Origin: Carcharhinus longimanus
Taxonomy: Eukaryota
Direction of reading: 5' to 3'
Assembly: GCA_030264375.1 (NCBI GenBank)
Contig: JASCQW010000072.1
Span: 27,589,049-27,653,048, forward strand
Length of the DNA stretch: 64,000 bases
Below are positions 62,557 to 64,000 of this stretch, piece after piece; the first letter of the stretch is position 1; each line of letters opens with the position of its first letter. The notes beneath the pieces were generated by a model. It searched no databases. It worked only from the letters and a program-made list of their open reading frames with translations, and was not told where the DNA came from. The translations under genes were made by a program, and so were the position numbers.

Positions 62557-63209
62557 AGGGCTGGATTTTCAATGCTGGGTCAGGAACCCAACATCCTGAG
62601 AAATTACAGGTCCTGACCCCTCGCCCAGGCTGTGTCAGTCTTACAACTTGGTTTTAATATAAGTGGCCTTATTAGCTGGAAGATGGGCGCAGTGTCCAAT
62701 TAGAGGCATCAAGTGCCTCCAGGCAGCGGGTGCTGCCTGCTTGGTGCCTTTACTTGGGGCAAAAGCACACAGTATTCAGGGTCAGAGTGGACAGCTCTCG
62801 GAAAGGCTACAGAGGTAGAACAAGATGGACAGTAGCCTTCCACAACCAGGTTAGGATCAGCACTTGTGCTGGCACGTGTTGGTCCTAGACTTGTTTCAAA
62901 GACAAGCCTGCAAAAATTTGGATCCTATCATGGATCCAACAGCTAGACACTGAGATACATACAGTCTTGCCTGACACAAGTTAAAAATTAGGCAGAAACA
63001 TAAAGACCCCTTAACAAACTCCTTAAGGAGCTTAACAAGCCATCAGTTGGCAGACAGTGTATATCCCCGCTCCCTCCAACCTGACATGCCTTTCAAGATT
63101 TGAAACTGTCCTAAAGACATTGAGATATGGATGATCTCTGGCACCCTGATTTTTCAAAATCCCACCCATACTGGTCCTGACCCCTCAGGCCTTTGAAAAT
63201 CCCAGCCCT
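62557..63209. mobile_element. 650-bp non-autonomous DNA transposon with clear TIRs
   Basis: Left AGGGCTGGATTTTCAA; right TTGAAAATCCCAGCCCT; subterminal GGGTCAGGA / TCCTGACCC repeats. Confidence 0.75.
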
Positions 63210-64000
63210 GATCGCTGATGTTGCTCCATAATTAAAGCTGTTTCTTGTTAGTTGTTAACAACTAAGCAGAGTCTAGCCCAAGTGGGGTCTCTTTGGGATC
63301 CAGGTGTTCCCAAGATATCACGCCTGTTATCGAAAGCTCAGAGACTATTCAATTCTCTGTGGTGGAGGTGGTAATGTATGAACCAGGTGGGTGTCCTGGG
63401 TTCCTTACCTCTGATGCAGACTAAGTACACACATAAGTCATAATGAATTCTGCAGCACCCATTGTTTTGCCTCTGCAAACAGTTAGCAATGCATAACCAA
63501 ATTTCTAGGTTACTGTGCAAGAAGTACAACTCATATTTACTGCCTAACGTAACAAGCTATCTTAAGTACAAGTAGTCTAAATATTGGGGGAAGGCTGACA
63601 GCCCCATAGCATGGGAAAAAAAACATAATATATTTTTAGAAAAAAAAGTTAAAGAAACAGCCGACATTAATTTCCAATGCATGATAAGTTTCTGTAAAAC
63701 TCTGAAACTATCAACATTTATCAATGAGAAAGAGCTTGTTCTTCTTTTTCAACAAGCAAATCTTTTTAATCACTCATTTTTAACACAAACAGAATTACTC
63801 CCTGAAATTTGATCATGTTGCTGATGATCATGGCAGCTTTTAGACATGTTTAAATATACGTGGAATATTCCAGATAAATTCACAGGATTGAAAATATAAC
63901 TTAGTCAAATATTATGCACCTAATGGTTAGAAGAAACTTTCGTCCAGCTTAGTTTCTTGTTTTAAAAAAGATATATGTTTCTATAATTTATCATCCCTTC

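Noticed and set aside
1-64000. Prokaryotic systems (CRISPR arrays, operons, defence islands)
   Set aside because: Vertebrate repeat content, no gene-dense coding and no regularly spaced repeat-spacer array.

Overview
Eukaryotic, AT-rich draft-assembly sequence with nine N-gaps. I recognise no host protein-coding exon, tRNA gene, rRNA gene or intact snRNA gene; it reads as intronic or intergenic DNA. The repeats point to an elasmobranch (shark) genome (inference): HE1-type V-SINEs, HER1/CR1 LINEs, SacSINE1-like DeuSINEs, Rex1/Babar, Penelope-like fold-back elements and Harbinger relics with many MITEs. ORF-track entries are either chance ORFs or decayed TE coding fragments. Larger structures: (1) a decayed Gypsy provirus (34054-38376, minus) with both LTRs, PPT and a 4-bp TSD, split by a Rex1 LINE; (2) a decayed two-gene PIF/Harbinger element (~21.8-26.1 kb) carrying nested insertions; (3) a second Harbinger transposase relic (10.6-11.3 kb). 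The most unusual object is a ~300-bp polyadenylated, TSD-flanked retroposon (25263-25559, minus) containing two U2 snRNA 5'-end segments, a candidate SINEU-like family. Also notable are three fold-back Penelope-like elements, two showing hammerhead-ribozyme remnants, and one SINE head joined to two different LINE-type tails. Family names come from recalled motifs, not database searches, and the boundaries of old elements are approximate.
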